Shown: one piece after another, positions 45,982-54,292 of the stretch
How positions within the stretch are numbered: position 1 is the first letter of the stretch
Layout: every line of letters starts with the position of its first letter
Assembly (NCBI GenBank): GCA_964547875.1
Contig: CAZJPE010000005.1
Span: forward strand, 27,543 to 91,542
DNA length: 64,000 nt
Direction: 5' to 3'
Origin: Candidatus Woesearchaeota archaeon
GTDB lineage: Archaea; Nanobdellota; Nanobdellia; Pacearchaeales; GW2011-AR1
Program-made: the position numbers and the translations under genes
Notes under the pieces: model-generated
Told to the model about the DNA's origin: nothing
Seen by the model: only the letters and a program-made list of their open reading frames with translations
Database searches by the model: none

Positions 45982-46013
45982 CTAGCAATTAAACTAATAG
46001 AGATATATAAACA

Positions 46014-46547
46014 TTACGAAATTTCGCCGATGTCAATATTATGTAGATTATTTAATATCCCTTTGTTTTCTATGGAGAATTTATAGGGCGTGACTGAAGA
46101 GTCAAATTTTTTTTCAATCTCCTGATTTTCAAAGCTCAAATTAGCAGTATTTTTATATTGAACTGTCAAATTGACAACGCTTGTTTTTCTTTCCTCCACG
46201 CTTTCTACAATAACCCTTCCAACTGGAATTTTTATGCCAGGCTCGCTGTAAGGCTTTGTCAGCTCTCTCAATACAAAAACAATCTTATCGTCGTCAGAAT
46301 CAAAATACAGCTCGCCCTTTCGCATGCCAAATTCAACAATCCTTTTGTTGTCTTTCCCGGTGTCTATGACCTCATTGATTTTATCGTCTAAAAATCCAAG
46401 GGACGCAATTGTCTGCTCAATAACCAATCTGTCTCTCTGCTCATTAATTTTTGGCATTACAAATGTCAATACTAGCGCAATCAAGGTTAGCCCAATTAAG
46501 ATATATATTACAGTCTCAATCCATACTTGTCCTTTCTTATTGTTCAT
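46014..46547 (-). CDS. Type IV pilin-like protein.
   Basis: MNNKKGQVWIETVIYILIGLTLIALVLTFV is a class III signal peptide. Confidence 0.55.
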   Translation of the reverse strand: MNNKKGQVWIETVIYILIGLTLIALVLTFVMPKINEQRDRLVIEQTIASLGFLDDKINEVIDTGKDNKRIVEFGMRKGELYFDSDDDKIVFVLRELTKPYSEPGIKIPVGRVIVESVEERKTSVVNLTVQYKNTANLSFENQEIEKKFDSSVTPYKFSIENKGILNNLHNIDIGEIS

Positions 46548-46548
46548 T

Positions 46549-47058
46549 TTAGTTGCATTTAATCAATTTTATTGAATCAGACAAATCACAGATTTTATTC
46601 TCTTTAATCACAGGGTAAATCTCAACTCTCTCATATATTAAATTAGAACTATAATTATAAGTCAAGGCAGAATATTTCTCTCCAGGAATTATAAGCTTTC
46701 CATTGGCAACATCCTCAAGCATCTTCACTTCATTGTAAATCGTATTATTTTTAACAGCTACAAGATTACTTGAGCCTCCATCTTCCAAAAATCTCAAGCT
46801 AAATCCCTCAACTTTTTCAGAATTCGAATCAGTTTTTATAGTTATCAGATATCTGTCATTGCTCTCGTCATAGCAGTTATAGCCAAATGACTGATCAAAT
46901 TTAAAATAATCCCTATATTCAAAGCAGCTCGTGCTTTCCAATGAGCGATTTACAAAAGGAATTACAATATTGCCAACTATCACAACAGCCGTAATTGTTA
47001 ATAATATAATCAGCATATTTGCAACGACATCAGACATACCTTTTTTTTTAACTATCAT
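46549..47058 (-). CDS. Type IV pilin-like protein.
   Basis: MIVKKKGMSDVVANMLIILLTITAVVIVGN is a class III signal peptide. Confidence 0.55.
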   Translation of the reverse strand: MIVKKKGMSDVVANMLIILLTITAVVIVGNIVIPFVNRSLESTSCFEYRDYFKFDQSFGYNCYDESNDRYLITIKTDSNSEKVEGFSLRFLEDGGSSNLVAVKNNTIYNEVKMLEDVANGKLIIPGEKYSALTYNYSSNLIYERVEIYPVIKENKICDLSDSIKLIKCN

Positions 47059-47546
47059 GCAACAACTCTCGCTATTTCAGCAAAATCCTCTGCGCATGTA
47101 TAAGGTTTTTTATATGTCTCTCCCTCTCCTAAAATAACAGGAACAACTATTAATTCATCTCCACTAGAAACACTCCCTCCAAAATCCACAGAGACGCCTT
47201 TTCCCCCTCCCTTTGGCAAACCATTGTCAAAAATCCCAATACCAAGATTTTCAACAGCCCCTGTGCCTCTTTTCCTAACTTCTATCCCATAAAGAGGAAC
47301 GTTTCCTATATTATTAACATTAATTTTTCCTCCACCTAATAATTCAGCCTCTGCACTAAAATCAATGTCATCACAGAAAGACTCTATTGCCTCAGCTCCT
47401 CCTCCCAAATCCTTTTGAATCTTTTCCCCAATCCATGTCCTTGCCCATATAAATATAATTAAAACAAGCACTAAAGCAAGCGATATTAAAAGAACCGTGG
47501 CAATAACAGGCGACAATCCCCTCTTTCCCCTCTCTTTCCCTTTCAT
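47055..47546 (-). CDS. Type IV pilin/archaellin-like protein.
   Basis: MKGKERGKRGLSPVIATVLLISLALVLVLIIF matches the archaeal flagellin/pilin N-terminal GLSPVIATVLLI. Confidence 0.6.
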   Translation of the reverse strand: MKGKERGKRGLSPVIATVLLISLALVLVLIIFIWARTWIGEKIQKDLGGGAEAIESFCDDIDFSAEAELLGGGKINVNNIGNVPLYGIEVRKRGTGAVENLGIGIFDNGLPKGGGKGVSVDFGGSVSSGDELIVVPVILGEGETYKKPYTCAEDFAEIARVVA

Positions 47547-47642
47547 CTCAATAAGAACTAGTTATTATTTAAAAACTTAATTGCATGTCCATTTATCAAA
47601 ATTAAAGGAGAAATTTATTAACCTTTCTTTCATTTAAAAAAT

Positions 47643-47837
47643 ATGGAAGCAAAACAAATTACTTTAAATCAAGTTTATGAGAAATTAGTCAAATTAGAAA
47701 GCTATATGAAGAAATTAGATAATTATATTGAAGATTTAGAGTTTGCCAGGCAGACAGCAGAAGCTTGGGAAGAAATAGAAGAAGGCAAAGGAAAAACCTA
47801 TACTCTAGAAGAATTCCATGAAAAGTTAAAAATATAG
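47643..47837 (+). CDS. Orphan antitoxin-like small protein (paralog of 5388-5633).
   Basis: AEAWEEIEEGKGKTYTLEEFHEKL versus EAWKEIDEGKYTTYNSPEEFLSTL. Confidence 0.4.
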   Translation: MEAKQITLNQVYEKLVKLESYMKKLDNYIEDLEFARQTAEAWEEIEEGKGKTYTLEEFHEKLKI

Positions 47838-47864
47838 ATAAATTATTCAATCAAAACCAAAAAC

Positions 47865-48839
47865 TCAACTCGGTTTCACATTATTCTTAGTTATGTATTC
47901 AAACGCAGAATAAGCCGCAGTGCAGCCTTCTGCAACTCCTGTAATAGCTTGCTTGAAAGGCTTGTCAGCAACATCTCCCGCGGCATAAACTCCTTTCATG
48001 TTTGTTTCAGATGTTTTATGGTCAATTACAATTTCTCCCTTTTCATTTAATTTAACTCCCAATTTCTTAGCCAAATCAGACAATGCAATATGCCCTATTG
48101 CAATAAAAACCCCGTCTAATTTCAATTCCCTGCTTCCCTTGTATTCTTTGTCTAAAATAACTCTTTCAACAAATTGCTTTCCTTTAATCTCGACAACATT
48201 TGTCTTAGTAATAACTTCTATTTTTTTATTTGCTTTTACTCTTTCCATGTTAATAGGCTCTGGGCGAATTTGCTCGCCTCTGTAAATAATATAAACCTTT
48301 TTTGCGTGCTCTGACAAAACTAAAGCCTCTTTAGCAGAAGAATCTGCTCCCCCAACAACAGCTACAACCTTATTTTTATATAATATTCCGTCGCATAAGG
48401 CGCAGTAAGCCACACCTTTATTCTCAAATTCCTTGCTTCCAGGAACTTCCAATTTGCGCCATTTTGTTCCAGTTGCAAATAATATAGTTTTTCCCCAATA
48501 CGCGTTTTTATTCGTCTTGACATTAAAGTCCTCTTTTTTCTTTTCAATGTTTTCTACTCTTTCTTCTTTAATTGTCACAAGCTCGTAAGAAAGCGCATGC
48601 TCTTTTATCTTGTCTGATAATTCTATTCCTGTTAATCTAATAAAGCCAGGATAATTCTCAACAACATTTGTCGTTGTGATAACCCCGCCAAGAGGCAATT
48701 CAGTTCCATGTGATGCTCCAAGACATAAAGTCTTTAATCCTAATCTTGCGCCATACATTGCAGCAGCCAATCCTGTAACTCCTGCCCCTAAAATAATAAA
48801 ATCATATTGCTTTTCATTCTTAATCTTTTTTTCTTTCAT
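47865..48839 (-). CDS. trxB: Thioredoxin-disulfide reductase.
   Basis: YDFIILGAGVTGLAAAMYGAR (FAD GxGxxG). CALCDG (redox-active CxxC). GGADSSAKEA (NADPH site). Confidence 0.8.
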   Translation of the reverse strand: MKEKKIKNEKQYDFIILGAGVTGLAAAMYGARLGLKTLCLGASHGTELPLGGVITTTNVVENYPGFIRLTGIELSDKIKEHALSYELVTIKEERVENIEKKKEDFNVKTNKNAYWGKTILFATGTKWRKLEVPGSKEFENKGVAYCALCDGILYKNKVVAVVGGADSSAKEALVLSEHAKKVYIIYRGEQIRPEPINMERVKANKKIEVITKTNVVEIKGKQFVERVILDKEYKGSRELKLDGVFIAIGHIALSDLAKKLGVKLNEKGEIVIDHKTSETNMKGVYAAGDVADKPFKQAITGVAEGCTAAYSAFEYITKNNVKPS

Positions 48840-48846
48840 AAATCTC

Positions 48847-49344
48847 TTAATAAAAATCTCTATATAAATTATTCGTTAATAATCTAATCATAGAGAAAAT
48901 CCTATCAATTTCATTAAAGAAATCATCAAAATTCTCTCTTTCCTCGTAAAAAATACTTTTCATATTAATAGAAAGTCTTGTGAGAATATGTTTTTCTCCA
49001 AAATATTTTTTGCTAATAGTATGCGCTAATTTTCTTGTTTTTATTTCATTACTAATACCTAAAGCATGAATATATTCATGAAGCAAGAGATGAAAGAGAT
49101 AATATTTGACAAGGGAAGGATATCTTTGTACAATTTTTCTTAAAGGACTTGTGTTAATTGCTATAGTATTTGAATAGGGATGATATAATGCCCCAATAAA
49201 ACCATTCTCATAAAACCCAAGCTCACTAAATACAATTTCAGTATTCAAGCGCTCTATTCCAGTATACTCGCCAACAATCTCCTTTACAATGCTAAATAAA
49301 TCATAAATTGATGACGCGTTTCTTATTTCTCTTTCATAACTCAT
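48847..49344 (-). CDS. Putative HExxH metal-dependent hydrolase.
   Basis: LLLHEYIHALG. Confidence 0.35.
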   Translation of the reverse strand: MSYEREIRNASSIYDLFSIVKEIVGEYTGIERLNTEIVFSELGFYENGFIGALYHPYSNTIAINTSPLRKIVQRYPSLVKYYLFHLLLHEYIHALGISNEIKTRKLAHTISKKYFGEKHILTRLSINMKSIFYEERENFDDFFNEIDRIFSMIRLLTNNLYRDFY

Positions 49345-49420
49345 TTTTGCTTAAAATCTTTTTAAGAAAACCTCCACACAACTTTTTATTTAAACATTTG
49401 TAATAATTTAACAATAATAA

Positions 49421-49675
49421 CTACTTAATCTTAAGGAGCTTTCTCAATTTAGGCTCGTCAAACCCAACAACAATCTTTCCATCTATATCTATAACAGGCA
49501 CGCCCATTTGCCCTGATCTCTTAACTATTTCAGCCGCAGCCTTAGAATCGCTCCCAACGTCAATCTCTTTATATTTTACATTATACTCTCTGAAAAATTC
49601 TTTTGTCTTTTTACACCAGGGGCACGTTTGAGTGGTATAAATAGTAACTTTCATCTTAATCATAAATTCTTGCAA
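49421..49675 (-). CDS. Glutaredoxin/NrdH-like small redox protein.
   Basis: VTIYTTQTCPWCKKTKEFF (CPxC in a thioredoxin fold). 84 aa. Confidence 0.7.
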   Translation of the reverse strand: MQEFMIKMKVTIYTTQTCPWCKKTKEFFREYNVKYKEIDVGSDSKAAAEIVKRSGQMGVPVIDIDGKIVVGFDEPKLRKLLKIK

Positions 49676-49745
49676 ATTATATTATATAAATTATTCGCTT
49701 GCGCTATTTGCAAAATTATATTAACATATCATTTTAAAAATAGAT

Positions 49746-50219
49746 ATGGATTTATATCTAAAGCAATATTTGGAAAAGCACGACATTAAATACAAAATTT
49801 ACAAGCATAAGGCAGTTTTTACAGTAAAGCAATCAAGCTTAATAAAAACAAAAATTCCAGGAAAACATACAAAATGCCTTTTTCTAAAAGACGAAAAGCA
49901 GGATTTCTATTTAATAGCACTCCCGGCAGAAAAGCGCCTGGACACAAAATCTCTAAAAAATAAACTAAAAATTAAAAAACTCAATTTTGCAAGTACAGAA
50001 GAATTGAAAAAAGAATTAAATCTAATACCAGGAAGCGTCTCAATTTTTGGCATGATTTACGCAAAAAATACTAATTTAATAATTGACAAAGAACTCTGGG
50101 AAGCAGAATCAGCAGGTTTTCATCCCAATATAAACACTTCAACAATAGTTTTAAATCATGAAAATCTTGAAAAATTCTATAATTCATTAGAAATAAAAAA
50201 GTCTATTATGAAATTATAA
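49746..50219 (+). CDS. YbaK/ProX-like aminoacyl-tRNA deacylase domain protein.
   Basis: KCLFLKDEKQDFYLIALPAEKRLDTKSL...IPGSVSIFGMI. Confidence 0.5.
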   Translation: MDLYLKQYLEKHDIKYKIYKHKAVFTVKQSSLIKTKIPGKHTKCLFLKDEKQDFYLIALPAEKRLDTKSLKNKLKIKKLNFASTEELKKELNLIPGSVSIFGMIYAKNTNLIIDKELWEAESAGFHPNINTSTIVLNHENLEKFYNSLEIKKSIMKL

Positions 50220-50959
50220 TGGAGAAAAAATATGCTTTTATATTTGCCTTCATAATCACAATACTCATAGCAATAAATTTCTTTTTATTCAAAACACAAT
50301 TCTCTCCGCAAAAGGAAATAGTAAAAATATCCCTTGTTATAGATGGCGATACTTTAGAATTAGAAGACGGAAGAAGAGTTCGTTTAGCAAATATCAACGC
50401 CCCTGAAAAAAAAACTCACAATTACGAATTAGCAATAAATTATTTAAATAAATTTCAAAATCAATCACTAGAATTAGAAATAATAGGCATAGAAAAATAC
50501 GGCAGAATATTAGCCAGAATTTATACTCCAGATTATGTAAATCTGGAATTAGTAAAACAAGGTTTCGCATCAAAATTCCTTGTAGAAGAATCAGAATTAA
50601 AAGAATTCGCAAATGCAGAAGAAAGGGCAATAAACGCAGGAAATGGAATATGGAAAAAATCAAATTTCGCAAATTGTTTAGAGTCTAAAATAGATAAAAT
50701 AAAAGAAGAAATCACTATCGCAAACCAATGCCACAAGCTTAATATATATTCTTGGATTCTAAAAGACGAGAGTACAAAATACTATAAATTCAAAGAAATA
50801 GAGATAGAAAAAATAACTCTTCATACATCTATTGGAAGGGATAATGCAACAGACATATTTTGGAACTCAAAAACAAACATTTGGAACAATGATAGAGATA
50901 GTTTATACATTTTTGACAAAGAAGGCAATCTCGTTCATTATAAAAGTTATGGCTATTAG
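50219..50959 (+). CDS. Membrane-anchored staphylococcal-nuclease (SNase/thermonuclease)-like nuclease.
   Basis: N-terminal TM. VIDGDTLELEDGRRVRLANINAPE (SNase motif). ARIYTPD..VNLELVKQGFA. Confidence 0.6.
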   Translation: MEKKYAFIFAFIITILIAINFFLFKTQFSPQKEIVKISLVIDGDTLELEDGRRVRLANINAPEKKTHNYELAINYLNKFQNQSLELEIIGIEKYGRILARIYTPDYVNLELVKQGFASKFLVEESELKEFANAEERAINAGNGIWKKSNFANCLESKIDKIKEEITIANQCHKLNIYSWILKDESTKYYKFKEIEIEKITLHTSIGRDNATDIFWNSKTNIWNNDRDSLYIFDKEGNLVHYKSYGY

Positions 50960-51650
50960 CCTTTTATTTCTATTATCCCCAATAATAATATCTGCCTTGG
51001 AAATACAGCTAAATGCGCCAAATTCAGTAAATATAAATGAGGAATTTAAAGTATCAATTAGCGCAGACACCCAAGATATTTACGATGTAAAAATCTTTGT
51101 AGAGGATGAGAATTCAACTTCAAAAACAATCTCGCAAATTTACAATGGCAATAAATGGCAGAGTTCATATTATTACATAAAACAAGCATTTCCATCTCAA
51201 TCAGAATTTAGCTTAAAAATTACAAAGACAGGCGAATGGAATATATGCGCAAGACTAAGAAAAGAAGCTCAAAATCCTTCTGCTCCAATATGCAGGCTGA
51301 TAATGGTTTTATTAAATGAAAAGGATAAAGAAAAATCTGAAGAAAAAGTAGAAGCAAATCAGCAAGAAAATAATGAAGAATTAGGAAAAGAAAATATAGG
51401 GAATGATATAAAAAATGAGTCAAAATTAGAGAATAATAAGGAAATCGTAAACTATAATATAAACAGATCAAATTCACAAATTAACTTAATCCAAGCACAA
51501 GAAAAAATAATATTAAATCCGAAGCAATCCAAGAAAGAAGAACAACAAGTCTTTATAACAAAATATGATAAAATAAGAAATGGAATTATTTACTCTTTCA
51601 TAGCTTTTTGTATAATCCTCATTATTTTATTAGCTCTTAAAAGACTCTAA
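50950..51650 (+). CDS. Secreted/anchored hypothetical protein. The start is chosen at the internal ATG after the upstream stop.
   Basis: MAISLLFLLSPIIISALEIQ (signal). C-terminal IIYSFIAFCIILIILLALKRL (TM). The table ORF 50832-51650 overlaps the SNase gene. Confidence 0.4.
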
Positions 51651-51683
51651 TAATGTTTAAAAGTAGTCTTTCTATAAAATATC

Positions 51684-52211
51684 ATGGCAAAATTCCAGGC
51701 AAATATGATTCTTGAAATTCTCGGCAGGCCTCAAGAGCATGTAAAAGAAGCCCTGAACGCGCTAGTCACAAAGCTTGGCTCTGAAAATGGCATAAAACTG
51801 CTTGAAAAAACACATCATGAACCAATCCCTGTTGAGAATTCAAAGGATTTGTTCACAGCATTCGCTGAATTAACTTTAGAATTAGAATCATTAAACAACT
51901 ATTTTGGAATTATGTTTGCCTACATGCCCGCACACATAGAATTAGTCCAGCCCGAAAAGATAACTCTTGGCAATATAGACTTGAATGAATTGGGAAATAA
52001 ATTAATCCAAAGATTGCACGATTATGACGCAATAACAAAAAAAGCGCTTGTTGAAAATGAAATACTTGTAAAAAAGCTTCAAGAAATAGCCCCTAATCTT
52101 TTCAAGCAGCCAGAACAGATTCAAAATAAAAAGCAAGAAATAAAAACAAAGAAAACTAAGTCTTTAAAGAAAATAAAGAAATTATCAAGTAGTTACAAAA
52201 GAAAGATTTAA
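51684..52211 (+). CDS. Hypothetical protein (175 aa).
   Basis: Clean ORF, lysine-rich C-terminus. Confidence 0.4.
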   Translation: MAKFQANMILEILGRPQEHVKEALNALVTKLGSENGIKLLEKTHHEPIPVENSKDLFTAFAELTLELESLNNYFGIMFAYMPAHIELVQPEKITLGNIDLNELGNKLIQRLHDYDAITKKALVENEILVKKLQEIAPNLFKQPEQIQNKKQEIKTKKTKSLKKIKKLSSSYKRKI

Positions 52212-52235
52212 ATATCCTTTATCTTTAGAAAATTC

Positions 52236-53066
52236 ATGGTAGAAACAGCATCTCAAGACATTGTATTACTTGAGCCAATAATAGAAAAATATTCAGTTGC
52301 AAGACATTTAGGCTCTGACGAACAAAGAAGTCTTTATGAAGGTATAAATGAAATTGTAGAAAGAGATTATAAAAATGCTCCAGCTTTTCAAACTCGTTGG
52401 GATTTCAATGAGCAAACAGGCGAAATAAATGGCTCTAATATCTTTAGAGCAATTCTTGCCAACAAAATTCTCGCAGCAAAAGGAGAAAGAACACTTACTT
52501 ATGAAGAAGGAATGAAATTAGATAAAGATAAAAAATTAAGCAATAAAGTTTACAGAGATTTTGGCTTAGCAGTCCATAGTTTAAGAGAACCAAACAAGGA
52601 AATAGCTGAATTGCTTGTTAAAGAAGCAGAAAAAAGAAGTCTGGAATTGCCAGTATTAGTTCATCCTTCTGCTTTAGAAATTTCTTCAAGAAACGTTAAT
52701 AATAAATATGGGATAAACGTACTCTTTTCAGATAATGACTCTTTAATCGTTTCAGGAGAAGAAGCAAGAGAAGCTCTAAAAAAGTTTCATGCTTATAATT
52801 CTGGCGTTTGCAGGCCGTGTCGCTACTGGGACGGCGACTGGGTTGCCGGCTGGGTTGACTTGGCTGGCTCCAGTGCTTGCGGCAGGGTGGATTGGGTTCG
52901 TGGCGAAGCCACGCGTGAAAATTTTCAGCAAGATGATTTAATGAAAAAGGAAAGCGAACTTTACACTTCTAAACAAATTATACAGGCAGCAAGCGAAATA
53001 GATTTAAATCTTTTAAGAGAGAACAAATTAGAAGACATCTTACTTAGAAAATTAAGGAATAAATAA
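52236..53066 (+). CDS. Hypothetical protein, paralog B of the duplicated pair, carrying the second hypervariable GC-rich segment.
   Basis: 276 aa. ...NSGVCRPCRYWDGDWVAGWVDLAGSSACGRVDWVRGEAT... Similarity to paralog A ends abruptly at the 3' edge of the island. Confidence 0.6.
   Translation: MVETASQDIVLLEPIIEKYSVARHLGSDEQRSLYEGINEIVERDYKNAPAFQTRWDFNEQTGEINGSNIFRAILANKILAAKGERTLTYEEGMKLDKDKKLSNKVYRDFGLAVHSLREPNKEIAELLVKEAEKRSLELPVLVHPSALEISSRNVNNKYGINVLFSDNDSLIVSGEEAREALKKFHAYNSGVCRPCRYWDGDWVAGWVDLAGSSACGRVDWVRGEATRENFQQDDLMKKESELYTSKQIIQAASEIDLNLLRENKLEDILLRKLRNK
52815..52916 (+). other. Hypervariable GC-rich island B (candidate DGR variable region).
   Basis: Same length and register as 31790-31891. 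The flanks are near-identical, but inside the island 14 of 34 codons differ, mostly NNC/NNT codons changed at positions 1 and 2. Confidence 0.5.
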
Positions 53067-54284
53067 TCAAGGCTTCAGCTTCTCTTCAGCTTCCTCAACT
53101 CTTTTGTTAAAACTGCTTTCTCCCTTGGTTTTTCTATATTTCCAGAATATAAATAAAACTATAACGAAAAGCACTCCTGCTATTGTATATCCAATCCATG
53201 GGCTGTATCCCCCAGCTTCTTCTTTTGCGCATTTTCCAATACAGCACGCTCCGTCTAAGCTTGCCCTAACTTCTCCGTCACAGCTCTCTCCAGCAGTGCA
53301 GATAATCCCATTCAAATTTGGGCAATATTCTAATTTTTCGTATTCTTCTAAATAAGGCGTTTCTGCCTCGTCCTGCTTTTCAGTAAATTTAATCATAACA
53401 GGCAGCTCAATAAAGAAACCATCGCTTCTAATAAAAATGCTTTGATTAATTCCGTTTTTTTTCATTTCTTCGTCTACATTTCCTATGAGGCTTATGTTTA
53501 ATTCAGCAGCTCCCTTGGCTTTAAGATTGATATTTTCTGCAGAGAGAGAAAATATTGTTTTATCATGCTCAATATTGACATTTATGTCTTCTTCTCCAAG
53601 ATTTATAATTTGAAATGGATATGTTGCCTTATCGCCTGAAAGCACAACGCTCTCAATGCTCTTAGGATTAATTTCAAGTGCGTTCTTTAATTTTGAAATT
53701 ATAAAAGCATGAAAAACATACTTGCCTATATTTGTCTCAATTAATCCGCTCCCGTTCACGCCAGCTATTGAAAACAAAATATCATTTCTTCCCGGCTTTA
53801 AAATAATTTCTCTCTCATTAGGAAAGCTTAAATTTATTGTTTTTTCAGAATCCTCATTCAATTGGATAGAAACAATAAAATCCTCTTGCGCAGAGATAAA
53901 TCCAGGCTTTATTGAATAATCAGTCAAGTTTTCTATAACAGAAAAATTCTGCCTGAAATCAGCAATCTCTGTCCTTCCAGCAGAAGTTGTAGCAATATTA
54001 TTTATAACAAGAGTATAATTATTTGCATTCTGAGGAGCAATTGCCCAGAGAAAATATTTATTCTCCAGTTTCCTTAAATCATATTCAATCGGAATAGCGA
54101 CATGCCCTCTAAAAAATTCAACATCTTTTTTGTCAATTGGCTCAAGAATATTCCCGCTAATCTCAATAATTATTGTCTCGCCTCTTTCATATTCTGCTTT
54201 TAAATCTGTTGAAACTGCACTAACACTCTCTAAAAATAAAAGAATTAGTGCACAAAAGAATATCAATATTTCTCTCTTTTTCAT
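53067..54284 (-). CDS. Cell-surface protein with signal peptide and a C-terminal Cys-rich - EEAGG - TM - basic tail module.
   Basis: MKKREILIFFCALILLFLESVSA. C-terminal CPNLNGIICTAGESCDGEV..CCIGKCAKEEAGGYSPWIGYTIAGVLFVIVLFIFWKYRK. Confidence 0.5.
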   Translation of the reverse strand: MKKREILIFFCALILLFLESVSAVSTDLKAEYERGETIIIEISGNILEPIDKKDVEFFRGHVAIPIEYDLRKLENKYFLWAIAPQNANNYTLVINNIATTSAGRTEIADFRQNFSVIENLTDYSIKPGFISAQEDFIVSIQLNEDSEKTINLSFPNEREIILKPGRNDILFSIAGVNGSGLIETNIGKYVFHAFIISKLKNALEINPKSIESVVLSGDKATYPFQIINLGEEDINVNIEHDKTIFSLSAENINLKAKGAAELNISLIGNVDEEMKKNGINQSIFIRSDGFFIELPVMIKFTEKQDEAETPYLEEYEKLEYCPNLNGIICTAGESCDGEVRASLDGACCIGKCAKEEAGGYSPWIGYTIAGVLFVIVLFIFWKYRKTKGESSFNKRVEEAEEKLKP

Positions 54285-54292
54285 GTTAATTT

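Noticed and set aside
50832-50949. The upstream extension of ORF 50832-51650 (start MEGIMQQ...).
   Set aside because: It overlaps the SNase-like gene in another frame. The signal peptide begins at the internal Met at 50950 right after the upstream stop, so the shorter start is preferred.
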